A program made the translations under genes and the position numbers. Under the pieces are notes generated by a model. The model had not been told where the DNA came from, made no database searches, and saw only the letters and a list, made by a program, of their open reading frames with translations. Source: Lepidodermella squamata (Eukaryota > Animalia > Gastrotricha). Taken from it: a DNA stretch of 64,000 nucleotides. Numbering within the stretch: the stretch's first letter is position 1; every line of letters starts with the position of its first letter. The stretch is from assembly GCA_047495785.1 (NCBI GenBank), contig JBLDXI010000031.1, forward strand, positions 1,240,001 through 1,304,000, read 5' to 3'. Shown here one piece after another: positions 60,975 to 64,000 of this stretch.

Positions 60975-61759
60975 CTTGTTTAAAACAACTACAAATAAAT
61001 CGAAACAAGATATTACCGAGCATTTCCAAGCAAAAGCTTCTCACACTTGGAAGTAAAGGAACAACAACTGAAAATATGAAACTAGGGAATCAAGTGGATT
61101 ACTAGACCTAGTTACCGACAGAAAAAGTCAGCTCCGCGGTTTGAACAACATGAAAACAACATAAAAAGCACAAAAAACAAGAATGGTCGCGCCAAATCGC
61201 GCGCCAAAATATTATATTTCCGTTATTTAATTGTTAAAAAGATGGTATAAAATGCATTTTAATTAAAACTAAATAGTTTCATTTCAAATATCTGTCAAAA
61301 TATTTTGAATTTTGCCGAGCTTTGCTTTTTATTGCTTTGTTATTGATGAGTTTTCGGTTCTATTTTTTGTCTCTCAACTTATTTATCTCGTTGTAAGCGC
61401 AAGTTGAAAGTGTCGGGTGTCGGCGATATGTTAATTACTTCCAAAAGTCCCCTCCTTGCCAAAAGTGACACCCTGAAAGCATTGTTGGGCTCACTTTCGA
61501 TTGAAACATACCGTCTCGAAGTCGTGTCACGAATCACGACGTAAAATACGTAATGCGTGAAATCTCAGCAGTGTTGTAAATGATTTAGGCCAATTTCAGG
61601 GCATGAACTCTGCATGAACTCTCTTGGCAACTCCATATCGCCGCCACTGGAAAATGAATGCGTTTCCTTTGTGTTGATTGCGGTGATTGCGCAGTGATTG
61701 CGGATTTTTGTTGATGGTTCTAATTGTGATCTTTAATTTCATAGAAGCAACATTAATCA

Positions 61760-62466
61760 TGAGTGTTGCAGATGGAGAAAACTTGGCACCATTGGATATC
61801 GATGACATCGAAATCCGTCAGTTTCCCTACATGACGCCGTCTCCAAATGCCGCCCCTTCAGAGACATTGTCAAATCAGTCTCACGGTAATGTTGAAGCTG
61901 GTACTAGTTGCGAAATCTCCCCCAACGTCGAAAACAATCGCGGCAATGAGGAAACCTCCAAACTGTCCAATGTTCCTTCAGAACTCCGCAGATCTCTCAG
62001 CCTGATGCCTCCTGACATCGTTGTAGCTGACATGGCTCCGAAATTGCCGGACCCCCACATTGTACGGGGCTGCGGCACTTTAGTTGTGTTCGGGTTAAGC
62101 AATAGGTTTCCTGCCGACTTCCCGCCCAATTTAGTCGGCAAAATCGCTTCAGAAGAATACTGTGCTACTGTCAAACGAATCAATCTTTTATTATCAAAGA
62201 GCCAGAGTTCTCGGGCACGTTGGCTAATCTTTGCCTGCCTCTGCTGCTTCTGCACTCTATCCGCGTCACTGTGGCCTGTAGCCTGCCTAGCTAAAAGAAC
62301 TCGTGCCCAGCTGGAAAAGCTTCTCGATTGGGAGAACAACCGGTTGTATTATAAATTAGGTTTTCGATGGCGGCTCGTATCGTTAAGATCCGATAGTACA
62401 ATGCTCCGCGAGTACGCACTGGCCTTGGAATATCTTCCTCGCGTTTATTTACATCTACCAGAATGA
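61760..62466 (+). CDS. CHIC2: Cysteine-rich hydrophobic domain protein (CHIC1/2, Golgin A7 family), intronless CDS
   Basis: PDPHIVRGCGTLVVFGLSNRF...RWLIFACLCCFCTL...LLDWENNRLYYKLG...EYLP. Likely start is ATG 61760, after acceptor TTTCATAG at 61744. Confidence 0.9.
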
Positions 62467-62796
62467 GAGTTTACTACCGCTATTTCTAAACACTGGCTAC
62501 GTCGCCTTCTTTTCTTGTTAAAGTCTTGTCAAGTTTTTTTGGTCTCGTCTTGAATCTTACATATCGCCGTTGTCAGCACTAACATCATGAATGGAATCAT
62601 TACACCTACAAATTTGCAATTATTTCAGCTATTTGTAAAAATGACGCGTTTCTTCTGTCTACTTTTCTAGACTTGGACGGCATTATTTGGTTTTGTACTG
62701 ATGAACTCGAATAAAAAACGATTATGATCTGCACTAATTTAACTGATTTTCTTTTATTCTTAGTTTAAAGCCTTAATTGTTTAATTTTATCCTGCT

Positions 62797-63563
62797 ATGG
62801 ACGGCAAAGAGAATATCGACGAGGGAGCCGATTCCAAGGACTTGAAGGTTGGTTTTTATTTGAATTTCCCAAGTGTCTCCACATGGCCCCACTTATTTCA
62901 TGTATATAGTGCAACATGACTGATTATAAGGTTTGGGTCTATCTATGTTTGAGTGTTCTTTCTCGGTTTTAGTTCACCCTATCGTTTCTCTGTTGCAATT
63001 ATTTTTAATTTGAAAATAATTATTGGTTTTTTTTCTATTTCAGAATCGTACCGAAACAATTGATCTCGGCGGCGATAACTCGCTGATAGTTGACATTCCC
63101 GATGCGTTGAGCGAGCGTGAAAAGGTCAAGTTTTCCGTTCGAACTCGCACAACTATGCCGACGTTCAAGAAACGTGAAGTCCAGGTGACTCGTCTGCACG
63201 AAGAATTTGTGTGGCTACACGACCGTTACGTTGAAAATGACGAATACGCCGGCATTATCATCCCACCAACTCCGCCTCGTCCTGACTTCGACGCCTCTCG
63301 CGAGAAATTGCAACGCCTTGGAGAGGAGAGCGAGGGAAATTTCTCGAAGGAGGAATTTCAAAAAATGAAAAGTGAACTCGAAGCGTTAGTTGATTTTCGA
63401 ACTTATTATTGATTTTTTTTAATTTTCGCTGATTTATAGGGAGTATTTGGCTACCTTCAAGAAAACTGTTGCTATGCACGAAGTTTTTCTTCAACGCCTT
63501 GCCGCTCATCCGATTTTGCGAAACGATGCTAACTTCCGCGTCTTCCTTGAATACGAAGGCGAG
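62797..63563 (+). CDS. SNX6: Sorting nexin 5/6/32 family (PX-BAR), continues beyond window; exons approx 62797-62847, 63044-63384, 63440-63563
   Basis: [20 protein letters not shown]...HEEFVWLHD...[23 protein letters not shown]...ELEA|[24 protein letters not shown]. Confidence 0.93.
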
Positions 63564-64000
63564 GTATTGAAAAATTAATTGTATTATTTTCGGAAGAATT
63601 GAACAGATTAATTTGCGTTGAAGCGACTGGGAAGTTTGATTTTATTAAAAAGTTGGAAAATTAAAGATTTCCTAACAAATAATTAATATTTACTGAAATG
63701 CCGTTGAAAATTACCATGGGACAAAAACAATTTCAATTTACTCGTAATTTATTGACACCGTTCGGGGAATTAGTTACAAAATGCCTCAAAATGGAGATGG
63801 GAAAAGCCTGTTGTTGAATATTGTGGGTCTAAAAAATTCCAGCGCGAAATTTATGCGTTCTAGTTTTCAGTTAATTACATTTTTAGCGCGTTCGATTTTT
63901 TCCTTTCTCGATCGATAATGATAGACGTAATTTCCTAGGATTTTTATTTTTAAGCTACCCGATACCCATAAGTGTCCCTTTTTTAGCGTTGAAGGCTCAA

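Overview
Animal (bilaterian invertebrate) nuclear DNA from a compact genome with GT-AG introns, many only about 45-60 nt long. There is no sign of prokaryotic organisation. Gene order: (1) a 5'-truncated giant MAM/LDLa type-I membrane protein (MALRD1-like, +); (2) ABCC10/MRP7 (-); (3) HAP40/F8A-like (+); (4) RNF41/NRDP1 (+); (5) EHBP1 (+), which has a duplicated first coding exon bracketing an intronless trypsin-like protease ORF, plus antisense gene fragments and a hAT transposase remnant in its introns; (6) Otx (+), forming the known Ehbp1-Otx microsyntenic pair; (7) a nested foldback palindrome; (8) a secreted, catalytically dead astacin-EGF-CUB-kringle gene whose introns carry several MITEs (+); (9) a 78-aa, 44% histidine mini-protein missed by the ORF track (+); (10) a hydrophobic-N-terminus astacin fused to a UBR-box-like zinc finger (-); (11) intronless PGM1 (-); (12) CHIC (+); (13) SNX6-like (+, 3'-truncated). 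Most interesting observations: the astacin/UBR-box fusion, which has lost the astacin disulfide cysteines and may act inside the cell; the adjacent His-rich mini-protein and pseudo-astacin; and two gene pairs (HAP40-RNF41 and CHIC-SNX6) where a polyA signal sits about 30-50 nt before a splice acceptor and the next ATG, suggesting operons resolved by trans-splicing. All splice models were read by eye and no database search was run.
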